Source: Candidatus Kerfeldbacteria bacterium
GTDB taxonomy: Bacteria > Patescibacteriota > Patescibacteriia > UBA10025 > JAHIVO01
Length of the DNA stretch: 64,000 bases
Direction: 5' to 3'
Assembly (NCBI GenBank): GCA_047946875.1
Contig: CP181398.1
Coordinates: forward strand, 1,169,329-1,233,328
Position 1 is the first letter of the stretch. The number at the start of each line of letters is the position of its first letter. A model generated the notes under the pieces. The model saw nothing but the letters and a program-made list of their open reading frames with translations, was not told the DNA's origin and ran no database searches. The position numbers and the translations under genes are program-made. Shown one piece after another: positions 50,951 through 61,882 of the stretch.

Positions 50951-50980
50951 ATTTTATAGGTATTTTAAATATATGTCAAG
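50951..50980 (-). promoter_or_regulatory. candidate 16S promoter (TTGACA-N18-TAAAAT)
   Basis: Read on the minus strand. Overlaps the trmD stop. Confidence 0.5.
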
Positions 50981-51659
50981 CTTTTTTACGTATTCTAGAA
51001 TTATTAGTTTTCCAGGCCAAAATATCATTATGATTGCCACTTAATAGTACTTTTGGCACTTTTTGGCCATTAAAATTTTCAGGTCTGGTGTATTGTGGAT
51101 ATTCAATATATTTTTCGTCTTTTGTAAATGTTTCATCTTTTGAAGATTGGTCATCTCCAAGTACTCCAGGTAATAATCTAGTCGTTGCATCAATAATTGT
51201 CATGGCTGGTAATTCTCCTCCGGTCAAAACATAATCTCCTATGGAAATTTCTTCATCAATGTATTTTTTTATTCTTGCATCGTAACCTTCATAACGTCCA
51301 GCAATCAAAATTAGCTGATCATACTTTGTTAATGACTTTGCTTTTTTTTGATCAAACTTTTTTCCTTTAGGAGTTAGTAAGATGATTCTAGATTTCCCGC
51401 CAGAGGCGGGTCCGCCTTTGGAGGATTTTAATCGTTTAATTGACTTTAAACATTTGTATAGAGGTTCTATTTTTAATAACATTCCTGGACCACCACCATA
51501 AGGTTTGTCATCAACAGACTTATGCTTGTCAGTAGCGAAGTTTCTGAAATTATGGATGATAATGTTTATCTTTTTATTTTTTATTGCACGCTTAATAATA
51601 CTTTCTTTAAAGTATGATTCAAAAATATCTGGAAAAATTGTGAGAATGTCGAATTGCAT
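50976..51659 (-). CDS. trmD: tRNA (guanine37-N1)-methyltransferase
   Basis: The sequence is TrmD-like (MQFDILTIFPDIF...PYGGGPGML). Confidence 0.95.
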   Translation of the reverse strand: MQFDILTIFPDIFESYFKESIIKRAIKNKKINIIIHNFRNFATDKHKSVDDKPYGGGPGMLLKIEPLYKCLKSIKRLKSSKGGPASGGKSRIILLTPKGKKFDQKKAKSLTKYDQLILIAGRYEGYDARIKKYIDEEISIGDYVLTGGELPAMTIIDATTRLLPGVLGDDQSSKDETFTKDEKYIEYPQYTRPENFNGQKVPKVLLSGNHNDILAWKTNNSRIRKKA

Positions 51660-51980
51660 GTCTTTATAATAGCAAAAAGAGTTGGATAAGGGTAATTTCT
51701 GTCACTTTTTTGACATCAAAAAAGTAACTGAAAAAAGTGTTGGGGGTTTCAATGCGCTTTATCATAATTCGAATATTTTTAGACTATAAGGGCTTAAAGA
51801 AACCCCCAAACCCTAAAGTTACAGCAAACTATAAATTTGTTTAATTTTTTATATGTATGAGTATTTTTTATCTTCGAGTGTATCCTTCTCTGGGTATGCG
51901 ACATTATAATATATATTTATTTAAACTAAAAACCGCATAATATATTATAGCGGCTTTTAGGTATTTTATTTTAAAAATTT

Positions 51981-52334
51981 TTAGATTTTGAGGTCGTCTA
52001 CAGCTGAGGTATCAGCTTCTTCCTCTCTAGGAGCGCCAGGAGCTTTTGGACCGCCTTTGCGGAAACCTTCTGGCTCATAAATCTTCAAGTTTACTCGAGC
52101 GTGATTTTTTGCACCAACCACTCTTAGTAAAGTTCTGATAGCCTTAGCGGTTTGACCTTGTCGGCCGATAACCTGACCTAAGTCAGCAGGATTTACTTTT
52201 AAAGTGATTAAAACGCCCATTTCGTCAACCGTTCTCTCTGAGGAAACGTCCTCTGGTCGGTCAACTAGACCTTTTACTACGTACTCGACAAACTCTTTAT
52301 CTCTTGTATCGTTTGTATTTGCTTCTTCTGTCAT
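51981..52334 (-). CDS. KH-domain RNA-binding protein (YlqC/UPF0109-like) with a C-terminal extension
   Basis: GQVIGRQGQTAKAIRTL KH motif. Confidence 0.8.
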   Translation of the reverse strand: MTEEANTNDTRDKEFVEYVVKGLVDRPEDVSSERTVDEMGVLITLKVNPADLGQVIGRQGQTAKAIRTLLRVVGAKNHARVNLKIYEPEGFRKGGPKAPGAPREEEADTSAVDDLKI

Positions 52335-52461
52335 ATAGAAATCTTTCTGTTAGTTCATCTGTTTTACTTATTAATGTACCAGCACTGTCGACCTAAAATT
52401 ACAGACTGGATATTACTATTTTCAAAGATATCATATTGGTAGTTGAGTGTCAATCAATTTT

Positions 52462-54531
52462 TTAGTAACAATTAACTGGAATATAATAGCTGCTACAAAT
52501 CATTTCGCCCCATTTATTAATTTGACATGTATTTGCTACATTTATACTAACTGATTGACTAATCTCGTGGATACCATCAGTGACTGTAGCATTAACAATA
52601 TATGATCCCGCGCTATATTTATTTGTTACCCAGCGAAAGGCATGTGAATCTGGCCAACAACCTTCCATAGATAAGAAGTTAGTATTATCAACACTATATG
52701 TAAGTTCGTCTCCTTGAGGATCAGCTGCTATTATGTTAATAATAGCATTATTTAATTCGTTGATAGAAATATTTTCAATAGGCTCTAAGGTTGGTGCACC
52801 AGTAAGTGGGTAGTTATCAATATTACCACCAGTCCCATCGATTGCAGTATAAGGTAAATCACACTTTCCATCTTGATTTATATCATTACATCCTTCATTT
52901 AGTTCATCAAAATCACTCCAGAAGTTCCCATTAATTCCATCATTATACGTACTAGAGCTTTCGTCTGTTACTTGAGTAACATTATTTACAAAATTATTCA
53001 AAGTAAAAGTTGTTGAGTCGTTATCAGATCCGATGATGACACCAGCGTTAGTTCTATTTTTGATATGGTTACCTTCAATATTAGAATTAATTGATGAATA
53101 GGTCGCTAATTCAATTCCTATAGGCCCTGTCCCAATAATTTTGTTATTGAGTATTTGATTATTTTCTGCGGGAACATTAGTTGGTGTACCATCACTCCAT
53201 AACCATATTGCTCTATCAGTAGTATCTGTAAAAGTATTATTTGAGATTTCATGATTGTTTATGCCGGGTCCAATAACAATATCATGATCACTATTTGAAA
53301 AAATATTATTAGTAATTGTATTGTTATCTGGGTAGTTTGTGCCATTTGACCAAATTAGTAATCCGTTATAAATCGCACCATTAATACTATTTTCATAAAT
53401 TTCGTTATTGGATGTAATATCTGTTAAATTTATACTTATATAATTATTTGAGATGGTATTATTGTAAATTTTATTATTAATCGTATTTCCATATGTTGTA
53501 TTAGTATCACCATAGATTATAGTTCCATATAAACCAGTGCTTGAATTTTCAATTATTTCATTATCATAAAATTCATTATTATTAGCTCCTGCTCCTAGAT
53601 AAAAAGAAGCTGGGTAATCCTCATCACCATACTCTTCAGCATATGGTAAATAGCCTAACGAATTATCATGAACCATATTGAACGAAGAGCTGTACGAAAG
53701 ATTAATTCCAAAACTATGGTAAATATTATTATCATAAATATTGTTATAGTGAGAATTTGTTAGATGCAGACTTGCTATGTCGTTACTTCCGTCACTATCA
53801 ATCGGTTTGTTTAGATAGCTAAAATCACCATTATCAGAATTAAATATTACAATAGAGCCATAGTTATAAGTAATGTTTGATAGAGTGGCATAATCAGTAT
53901 TATTTATTTGGATTGGAAAGACAAATTCATTTATAACACAATTTTTTATTGTTACATTGTTCAAATCAGCCCCGCTATCACCTTCTACTACAATTGCCGG
54001 CCATCCGCCGACCTCATTGCCAGTAGTAGAAAGAATAGCGTCATCACAATCCAAAGTTACATTATTGGCTGTGATTTTAATAAATTGATAGGTTTCACCT
54101 GGGGTATAAATATGCTCACCTACACAAAAAGTTGTATTTTCAGTAATTTCCATTCCTGCAGTCGGTGTTACACAATCCTTAAGACTGTTTGTAGTATTGT
54201 TAATAGAAAATTTTTCATTAAATAATTTATCGATGGACAAATCAATAGGGATAATTATTATTGGTTTTATAGTAGGGAATTCAACGTGAGGCGCTTTACC
54301 AATAGGTATAAATCCAGGAGTTTTTATTGGTTTAATCTCCTTTATAATTATAGGCTCTTCTAATGTATGAGGTGTAAAGCTCAATGCTTGAACTGTATTA
54401 GCACTAATCGCGAAACATACTACTAATATAGTAATAATGATTACTTGATATTTTTTTTGATTAAGGATTGTTTTCATAGATTTGTTTATTATCGTTAAAA
54501 TATAAAAAATCTTCAATGTAAATTTATACAC
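52462..54531 (-). CDS. secreted right-handed parallel beta-helix repeat protein
   Basis: Signal/TM N-terminus. Many NNIYDNNI / NNEIYEN repeat units typical of pectate-lyase/NosD-type beta-helices. Confidence 0.7.
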   Translation of the reverse strand: MYKFTLKIFYILTIINKSMKTILNQKKYQVIIITILVVCFAISANTVQALSFTPHTLEEPIIIKEIKPIKTPGFIPIGKAPHVEFPTIKPIIIIPIDLSIDKLFNEKFSINNTTNSLKDCVTPTAGMEITENTTFCVGEHIYTPGETYQFIKITANNVTLDCDDAILSTTGNEVGGWPAIVVEGDSGADLNNVTIKNCVINEFVFPIQINNTDYATLSNITYNYGSIVIFNSDNGDFSYLNKPIDSDGSNDIASLHLTNSHYNNIYDNNIYHSFGINLSYSSSFNMVHDNSLGYLPYAEEYGDEDYPASFYLGAGANNNEFYDNEIIENSSTGLYGTIIYGDTNTTYGNTINNKIYNNTISNNYISINLTDITSNNEIYENSINGAIYNGLLIWSNGTNYPDNNTITNNIFSNSDHDIVIGPGINNHEISNNTFTDTTDRAIWLWSDGTPTNVPAENNQILNNKIIGTGPIGIELATYSSINSNIEGNHIKNRTNAGVIIGSDNDSTTFTLNNFVNNVTQVTDESSSTYNDGINGNFWSDFDELNEGCNDINQDGKCDLPYTAIDGTGGNIDNYPLTGAPTLEPIENISINELNNAIINIIAADPQGDELTYSVDNTNFLSMEGCWPDSHAFRWVTNKYSAGSYIVNATVTDGIHEISQSVSINVANTCQINKWGEMICSSYYIPVNCY

Positions 54532-54617
54532 TCAAGTTTAAAATAAAGTTAGACCCTCCAATCAAACGTTTATACATATAATATATTTAGTGAAGGAATC
54601 TTTTTTATTATTTGGTT

Positions 54618-55049
54618 TTATTTTTTGTCGTCTTCTTCTGAACTTGTTTTAGGATCTATTATCTTTTCAGCTGGCTGTTCTTTTTTTTCTTCTGCTTTTG
54701 GAGTTTCTTTTACTTCAGGTTTTTTTTCGGAAGTTTCTGCAGCTGGTTTTGCTTCACCTTCTGCTTTATCGTCTTCTTTCTTCTTTTTAATGTTAGCGAC
54801 TTTAATTTTTTCTGCAGAAATAATTTTTTTATCTACCAAAAGATTATGAACAGTTCCAGATGTTTGTGCACCTTTACTAATCCAATATTTAATACGTTCT
54901 TCGTTCAATTCGGACGTATCTGTATGTGGGTTATATTGACCGAGTAATTCTAAATAGTTTCCGACTGTATCTTTTTGATGTTCGGAAATTACTACTCTAT
55001 AAACCGGATGTTTTTTCTTGCCGAAGCGAGATAATCTTATTGTTAACAT
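54618..55049 (-). CDS. rpsP: ribosomal protein S16 with a Lys/Glu-rich C-terminal extension
   Basis: The sequence is S16-like (MLTIRLSRFGKKKHPVYRVV...). Confidence 0.9.
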   Translation of the reverse strand: MLTIRLSRFGKKKHPVYRVVISEHQKDTVGNYLELLGQYNPHTDTSELNEERIKYWISKGAQTSGTVHNLLVDKKIISAEKIKVANIKKKKEDDKAEGEAKPAAETSEKKPEVKETPKAEEKKEQPAEKIIDPKTSSEEDDKK

Positions 55050-55156
55050 AGTATTTTTGTATCTTGTATCTTAATTGATTCTTATTAGCTTGTCAACTTG
55101 TCTATAGCAGACAACCCTCTTTATTGATATATAATAGAGGTTTTTTAATAAATAGT

Positions 55157-57826
55157 CTAATTATTAGCTATTACTTGTTCTGCTTCTTGCATATTGATAG
55201 AAAGAAGCTTAGAAACGCCATCATCACCCATCGTAACTCCATAAAGAGTATGGGCTTCTTCCATCGTAGCTCGGTTATGAGTAATAACTATGAATTGTGA
55301 TTTTGTTGATAATTTTTTAACGATTGAAGCAAATCTGATTGAATTTGATTCATCCAAAGCAGCATCAACTTCATCTAAGACAACAAATGGTGAAGGATTG
55401 TTATGGATAATTGCACAAATTAGAGCAATGGACGTTAAAGCTCTTTCACCTCCTGACAACATGCTGATTCCTTGCATTTTTTTGCCCGGTGGAGTGGCTT
55501 TCATATCTATACCTGTAATTACTTTTTCTCCTCTTGATTGTTGTGGTACTTCTTTTTTGATTTCTTCTTCAGAATTTTCGGAATCATCATCTTCGTCTTC
55601 ATTATCATCTTCAGAAGATTCTTCCATTACTATTTGTTTATATTCTTTAATCAAATTGAGACTAGCGGCCCCACCATTAAATAATATCTTGAAGTATTCT
55701 GAAAATTGTTTGTTAATGTTTTCAAAAGCTATGCTAAATTGTTTTTTAATGGTTTCATCTAGACTATCTATTACTTGTTCCAAATCTTCTATCGCTTTAT
55801 TCAAATCTTCTGTTTGGTCTGATAGAAAATCAAATCGTTCTTTGGTTTCTTTGTATTCTTGGCTTACTTGAGGATCAATCCCACCAATTAGTTCTAATGT
55901 TTTTTTTAATTTTTGTATTTCAGAAAAAAGTTCCGTATTAACCGGAGGAGGGGTTTTTACTTTATAAATAACATTTCTTTCTTCATCATTTAGCTCATCA
56001 ATCATTTCTTTTTCTAGGTCTTCCAATCTTGTTTCCAGCTTAGCTAGTTCAATTTTAATATTATTAATGTCAGCAATAATCTTATTTAGCTCTTCTTGTT
56101 TTGATGAATATGTGTTTTGCAGTGAAAAAACCTTTTCTTTTTTATCTTGTTCAGCTTGATTAAAATTACCGAGCTGATTATTGATTTTTTGTAAACTAGC
56201 TTCAGTATTTTTTATCTTTTCATTTAGTTCTTGATCTTCTTTGGCTAGGTCAGTAGCAATTTCCTGAGGTGTTTTGTTTGATTTAGCCAAATCTAATTCT
56301 TTTGTAATTTTGTTTAATTCATCTTCTTGTTCAGAAATTGTATTTGTACTTAACAATTTCTTTTCCTTAGAAATTTGTAGAGCTACTTGTTTTTCATTAA
56401 TAATTGATACATAATCATTTTTTGAATTAAGTAGTTTGGTGATTTGATCTTGTAGGGAAATAATTTCATGAGGATCGCCAATGCCTGAGTCACTCAATTT
56501 ATGATTAAGTTGTGCTAACTTGCTGGTAATAATTTTCGCTTCTGCAATTATGGTTTGTAAATCATCAATATTTTGAGCAGCTTCAATTTTTTCTAAAATT
56601 ATTTTTTGTTCAAAGTAAATGCTTGCAATATTTTCAGCAACTTCGGGTATGGCAATAGTTTTATTGTTGGCTAATTTATTTTTTGCAACTGCCAACTTAT
56701 CTTCAATATCTTTGTATTGATTATCTAATTTATCTTGCTCACCTTCTGACTCGCTTAGTTCTTTATTTAATTTATTTATTTTATGATCTAAATTTTGATT
56801 GTCTTGTTTTGATTTATCAATTTCAGATTTTATTTGTTCTTGTTTTTTTTCTAGCCAAACTAGATCAAAATCACCTGCTTTTTTTCTGTCAATTTCTGTT
56901 CTACCTTTTACCACAGTCTGTTCGCGCAATAATTTATTTTTTTCTTCAATAATTTGATCATATTTCTTTTGTAGATTTTCAAAATCTTCTTGACGAGAAG
57001 TCCCCATAGCTAACTGTTGCATTTTTTTTTGAATTTCATTTAGTTCATTGTCTGTTTGTTTTCTTGTTTCTTCAATTTTTGAAAATTTTTCTTCTTCAAG
57101 TTTATGATTTTTTTTATGGTCATGCCATAGTCCCGCATAATATTTATGTTGAATTTCTTTGAGTTGCTTAGTAACTTCCTCTCTTTTTTCCAAACGGTTG
57201 ACTTGCCTAGTCAAAGATCGTAACCGTGGTTCAATCTCTTGCATTAACATATCTCCTTGTTTGAGATTTTCTTTGGTTTGTCGTAGTTTATTAATTGCTT
57301 GGTCTTTTTTTATTTGGAATTGTCGGACACCAGCCGCTTCATCAAAGTATTCTTTTCTTTGGGCAGGTGTGGCCGAGAGAAATAGATCTACTGTCCCTTG
57401 GCTAATAATACTGTAACTACGCTGTCCAAAGTTAGATTTAGCCAAAAGCATAAGGATGTCTTGTAATCGAACTTTATTTTTGTTAATAAAATATTCGCCA
57501 TTACCATCACGATAAATTCGTCGAGAAATTATAATTTCTGGGTAGTCAATTGGAGCTTGATGGTCTTGGTTGTCCAAATGCAAATCAACTTGGCAATAGC
57601 CAAGTCTAGTTTTTTTGTCTGAGCCAGCAAAAATGACATCACCTGATTTTTTACCACGTAATGTTTTTAGACTTTGTTCGCCAAGCACCCATCTGATTGC
57701 GTCAGCCGCATTTGATTTACCTGATCCATTAGGACCGACAATAGCAGTGATACCTGGGGTAAATTCAAGTGATGTTTTATTGGCAAATGATTTGAAACCT
57801 TGAATTACAAGTTTTTGGAGATGCAT
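55157..57826 (-). CDS. smc: SMC-family chromosome segregation ATPase (short, 889 aa)
   Basis: N-terminal Walker A GPNGSGKSN, long coiled coil, C-terminal LSGGERALTSIAL and VLDEVDAALD. Confidence 0.85.
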   Translation of the reverse strand: MHLQKLVIQGFKSFANKTSLEFTPGITAIVGPNGSGKSNAADAIRWVLGEQSLKTLRGKKSGDVIFAGSDKKTRLGYCQVDLHLDNQDHQAPIDYPEIIISRRIYRDGNGEYFINKNKVRLQDILMLLAKSNFGQRSYSIISQGTVDLFLSATPAQRKEYFDEAAGVRQFQIKKDQAINKLRQTKENLKQGDMLMQEIEPRLRSLTRQVNRLEKREEVTKQLKEIQHKYYAGLWHDHKKNHKLEEEKFSKIEETRKQTDNELNEIQKKMQQLAMGTSRQEDFENLQKKYDQIIEEKNKLLREQTVVKGRTEIDRKKAGDFDLVWLEKKQEQIKSEIDKSKQDNQNLDHKINKLNKELSESEGEQDKLDNQYKDIEDKLAVAKNKLANNKTIAIPEVAENIASIYFEQKIILEKIEAAQNIDDLQTIIAEAKIITSKLAQLNHKLSDSGIGDPHEIISLQDQITKLLNSKNDYVSIINEKQVALQISKEKKLLSTNTISEQEDELNKITKELDLAKSNKTPQEIATDLAKEDQELNEKIKNTEASLQKINNQLGNFNQAEQDKKEKVFSLQNTYSSKQEELNKIIADINNIKIELAKLETRLEDLEKEMIDELNDEERNVIYKVKTPPPVNTELFSEIQKLKKTLELIGGIDPQVSQEYKETKERFDFLSDQTEDLNKAIEDLEQVIDSLDETIKKQFSIAFENINKQFSEYFKILFNGGAASLNLIKEYKQIVMEESSEDDNEDEDDDSENSEEEIKKEVPQQSRGEKVITGIDMKATPPGKKMQGISMLSGGERALTSIALICAIIHNNPSPFVVLDEVDAALDESNSIRFASIVKKLSTKSQFIVITHNRATMEEAHTLYGVTMGDDGVSKLLSINMQEAEQVIANN

Positions 57827-58058
57827 TTTATTTTTTAGATTTATTCTATCTTCGAGTATAAGAGAGTGTAATAAATATCTATGAGACCCTTCGCTTAATA
57901 CTCAGGGTTTTTCAGTAAATTTATTAATTTACTGAAAAAGATTTAAAGAGGTTTAACCCCTCATATTGCAAGATAATAACATAATTTAGACCTTTTTGCA
58001 AATAAAAAAACCGCCGAAATATTGCTTTCGACGGTAATAGTTGAGAAGTTTATTCGAA

Positions 58059-59540
58059 TTATGTAGCTGAGTGTGGAACTAAGCTTTCATGATTGAATAC
58101 CCTTTCACAGTAGTGACAACGACATGGACTAGTAGGATTATCCCGGTCATTGACAATAAAAATAGTATTGGCTTCTGGGTCATTATTGGTGATACAGTCT
58201 TCATTAGGACATCCGAAGACATTTTTGATATGAGATGGAGTTTTAAAGCTCTTCTTAATCTTCATATCATTACCCGGTAAAATATTGATTGATATTTCAG
58301 GATAAATGAATTGAGCAGTAGCCGCGACAATGTCGTCCATTGTTACTTCAGGTAATAGTAAGACATCTTTTTGGCCTTCATATTTACGTGAATTAACATA
58401 TTGAACTAATTGACGAGGATGTTCTCCTGTTATGCATGAGGTTGATTCAAGTAAATGAATTAGTTTGACCACTTCACCAGGAGGAATATGATCTATAACT
58501 GTACCCCGTTTAATGGGTTGAAAATACCTAACTGGTTTTTGAGAATCACCGACAGGTATTTCTTTTTCATTTTTTAGTAAGTCTACATCGATCACTAAGT
58601 CACCTAAGCCAAAGAATGGTTCCATTAATGATCGTACGCTTAGACTCATTCTGGCAGGGACGCCATTTTCTGCTTGCTCCCAAGCAACTAGACGAGGATC
58701 TGATTTTATATCAGGAGCAATTTCCTCGACCGAAGGAAGTGGGTGCATGACAATAACATCTTTTTTCCAGGAATCCAAGACCGCTTTGTTGATAATGAAT
58801 TGACCCTGGCAAGCTTTACGCAAGATTGGATCGATAATGCGTTCGAGTTGTGAGCGCTGGACATAAACAACATCACAAGATGCTAAGTCGTCCATTGAAT
58901 CACTTTCTGAAATAATATGGAGACCCACTTTCGCGTGATTTGGCATTTCCGCGCCTTTTGGTGATACCAAAACCGTTTCAATTCCTGAAAAATTACTTAG
59001 AGCTCTACTGAGAGAGGTACCAGTGCGCCCATTACCCAAATCTCCTAAGTAACCAATGCGGAAATTATTTAAACGACCCAATTTTCGTTTAATAGTAAGT
59101 AGATCAAGAAGAGTTTGTGTTGGGTGTTGATTACGTCCATCACCTCCGTTGATAACACACATATTTCTGCCATACTTTTCAACAATTTCGGCTATCCAAC
59201 GAGGACCGCCTTCAAGTGTAGTTCTGAGGACACAGATGTCAGCACCTTGTCCGGCAATCATTCTGGCGGTGTCGGCCAAACTCTCTTTTTTCATTAATGA
59301 CGTGCCTTCTGCACCTGAGAATTCATCAATTCGTAAACCCAAATTGAGAAAAGCTTGTTTAAACGATTTGTGAGTTCTGGTGCTTGGTTCAAAGAAAGCG
59401 AGAACGCCTTTTTTTTCAGGAAATTTTGCAGTATAGGTTCTATCCCTAGCGAATTGAACCATTTCATTAGCCTGTCTTACTAGAGCTAATATTTCGTCTG
59501 CATTTTTGAAATCATTAGTACTCAAAATATGCGAATTCAT
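58059..59540 (-). CDS. pyrB: aspartate carbamoyltransferase with the catalytic (PyrB) and regulatory (PyrI) chains fused in one ORF
   Basis: PyrB motifs STRT, HPTQ and HPLP in the first ~330 aa. C-terminal PyrI-like allosteric and Zn domains (VIDHIPPG; CPNEDC...CRCHYC). Confidence 0.8.
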   Translation of the reverse strand: MNSHILSTNDFKNADEILALVRQANEMVQFARDRTYTAKFPEKKGVLAFFEPSTRTHKSFKQAFLNLGLRIDEFSGAEGTSLMKKESLADTARMIAGQGADICVLRTTLEGGPRWIAEIVEKYGRNMCVINGGDGRNQHPTQTLLDLLTIKRKLGRLNNFRIGYLGDLGNGRTGTSLSRALSNFSGIETVLVSPKGAEMPNHAKVGLHIISESDSMDDLASCDVVYVQRSQLERIIDPILRKACQGQFIINKAVLDSWKKDVIVMHPLPSVEEIAPDIKSDPRLVAWEQAENGVPARMSLSVRSLMEPFFGLGDLVIDVDLLKNEKEIPVGDSQKPVRYFQPIKRGTVIDHIPPGEVVKLIHLLESTSCITGEHPRQLVQYVNSRKYEGQKDVLLLPEVTMDDIVAATAQFIYPEISINILPGNDMKIKKSFKTPSHIKNVFGCPNEDCITNNDPEANTIFIVNDRDNPTSPCRCHYCERVFNHESLVPHSAT

Positions 59541-60134
59541 AAAATACTCCTCCCTCCATATGGGGGTGGTTAAGTTGTTAATATTCTTTCTTTATTTTTG
59601 TATTATTTTTTGAATTCAAGCTTTATATCAGCTCAAATTATTAAAACATTACCATAAGCAATAACTATGGTCAAGGTTTTAGGTGTATTGAGGTTTATTT
59701 CATGATTTTTTTGCTAATATTAGCAATAATACTAAATAATAAAAAACCCGTTGTATTAAATACAAACGGGTATAATTTTTTGGTAAGTATTAATCAAAAA
59801 ATACTTCAGTTCCTCCACCAAAGGAGTGCAATTTTCCACTAACAGTTGTGTGGATATAATTTTGTTGTTTGTGCTTTGTGATGAGTTGAGGACTGTCTAC
59901 CGCACTATTGTTTAAGAAGCCACTGTCTCTGACCACAACTCGTAACGTTTTGTTGGTATTAGTTGAAAGTTTGTCAGGTGTAAGCTAATTTACTTTTTCC
60001 ATTTTACTATCCTTGTTTTTTTAAGGTTCAATTTGATTTTATATAAATTAGCATTAACTAAGTATATAGTCAAATATTTAGGTATAAAAAAACGAGGTTT
60101 AGAATATAAACCTCGTTATAGAACTGTAATGTAT

Positions 60135-60803
60135 TTAGTGCTGATTATCCGCGATGAATTTTTTTACATCTTCTAATTCATCTGCTGATATCATACCCTC
60201 GTTAAAGAACATATCCGCTACTTTCAAAATTGGAAAAAGCGATTCAGTTTGATAACCATCATTACTTAAAGATTTAAGGCCTCCTTGTTGCCTGTCAAAA
60301 GCAACTAGGGTAATGATTGATTCGGGTGGGAAACCACTGACTTCCAAACGACGAATAGCATCTCGTTTACTATCCGATGTAGTAATTACATCGTCTAGGA
60401 GATAGACCAGATCGCCAGGCTGATAACCTCCGATCACGAAGGTTTTACTGTCACCAGATCCATAAGCTTTTGGTTGATGACGTAACGCGATAAGTTGCCA
60501 GTCCCAACCGGATTCATGTGCCAACATAACTGTGGCAGTTCCTAATGGGTTTGCCGCTTCTGGAATTCCACAGATGAGCACGCGCCCGCTGTGGTCTTTT
60601 GGAATTAAGGATAGTATTTTATCCATAAATAATTTTCCAAAGCCATTCAGTAGTCCGGGAATAGCCCACATCTTGTCACGTAGATCTACGTAGATTGGTG
60701 ACATGCTACCATCTTTTAACTTAGTTAAGGTGCCAACCTTAATAAGGTTATCTTCTCGGAGTATTTTTAAAAACTCCAAATGTTGGGTAATGTCAAATGA
60801 CAT
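60135..60803 (-). CDS. pyrE: orotate phosphoribosyltransferase
   Basis: PRPP-binding motif LVYLLDDVITTSDS. Confidence 0.8.
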   Translation of the reverse strand: MSFDITQHLEFLKILREDNLIKVGTLTKLKDGSMSPIYVDLRDKMWAIPGLLNGFGKLFMDKILSLIPKDHSGRVLICGIPEAANPLGTATVMLAHESGWDWQLIALRHQPKAYGSGDSKTFVIGGYQPGDLVYLLDDVITTSDSKRDAIRRLEVSGFPPESIITLVAFDRQQGGLKSLSNDGYQTESLFPILKVADMFFNEGMISADELEDVKKFIADNQH

Positions 60804-60821
60804 AATTAAAGAACTCTCTTT

Positions 60822-61745
60822 CTATACCGATGGAGTGCGGTATTTGTTAATTTCGTTTTTGGTTTTTTCAGCTTCTGCGGCAGCGGCGGTGGCATAATCT
60901 TCACCGTTAGATGCGTAGAGGACTGAACGTGAGACGTTGATCATAGCGAGACCATCACCATTGTTTTCGACAGTTGCCTTTAGATTACCTTCTTGTTTAC
61001 CGATACCTGGTATTAGCAAGACAACTTCATTACCGACCAACTGTCTTACTTCGCCGAGTTCTTTGGGGTGAGTAGCACCAGTTACCAAACCTAGTTGGCC
61101 TTCCCATATTTCAGTACGTTTGAATTCGTAACCGAAGAAATTAATCCCTTTGGTCAGAACTTCGGCAACCCATAGGTAATAGGGAATTTTACGGTCGGCA
61201 CAATCACCCACTGAATCAGGAAGTAGAACTGATACGTTTTGAAAAATCGTCGCATCTTTATTTGAAGTGACACAAAGCGCAATTATACCTAGCCCAGCCT
61301 TCAGAAATGGTTCTAGGGTATGTGGACCGAGATACGGATTGACCGTAACCACATCGGCGCCTAACTCTTTTAGAGATAGGGCATAGTGATCGGCAGTGTT
61401 ACCGATATCACCACGTTTCCCATCAAGTACTAGGACGTGATCAGGATAGTTTTCTTTGATGTAAGCACAAAGTTTTGTGAGTACATCTGCCCCGGCCATA
61501 CCGAAGCTTTCGAAGAATCCCATATTAGGTTTGAAAGCACAACAGTGTTGAGCAGTGGCATCTACGATGTCGACACAGAATCTGTAGACTACCGAGAAGT
61601 CACGCCATTCTTCATTCTTGGCATATTTTTCAGGATACATATCCCAAAGGCAAGTCGGGATTTGTTTTCTGTTAGGATCTATTCCTACACAGACAAGGCT
61701 ATTATATTTTTCAATAGCCAGTTTCAGTTTTTCCGAAAAAGTCAT
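60822..61745 (-). CDS. pyrF: orotidine-5'-phosphate decarboxylase (long, type 2 form)
   Basis: VCVGIDP...DGKRGDIGNT...NPYLG. Confidence 0.8.
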   Translation of the reverse strand: MTFSEKLKLAIEKYNSLVCVGIDPNRKQIPTCLWDMYPEKYAKNEEWRDFSVVYRFCVDIVDATAQHCCAFKPNMGFFESFGMAGADVLTKLCAYIKENYPDHVLVLDGKRGDIGNTADHYALSLKELGADVVTVNPYLGPHTLEPFLKAGLGIIALCVTSNKDATIFQNVSVLLPDSVGDCADRKIPYYLWVAEVLTKGINFFGYEFKRTEIWEGQLGLVTGATHPKELGEVRQLVGNEVVLLIPGIGKQEGNLKATVENNGDGLAMINVSRSVLYASNGEDYATAAAAEAEKTKNEINKYRTPSV

Positions 61746-61882
61746 TAGAACCTCCGTATAAATTGTTAATGTTGCAGTTTTTTTATTTATTTAATTTAAA
61801 ATAACTTAACATTTTTTAAATTAATAGTCAATAAAGAATCCTACTAAATTAATTTAGTAGGATTAAATTTTCTCTCCCAATA

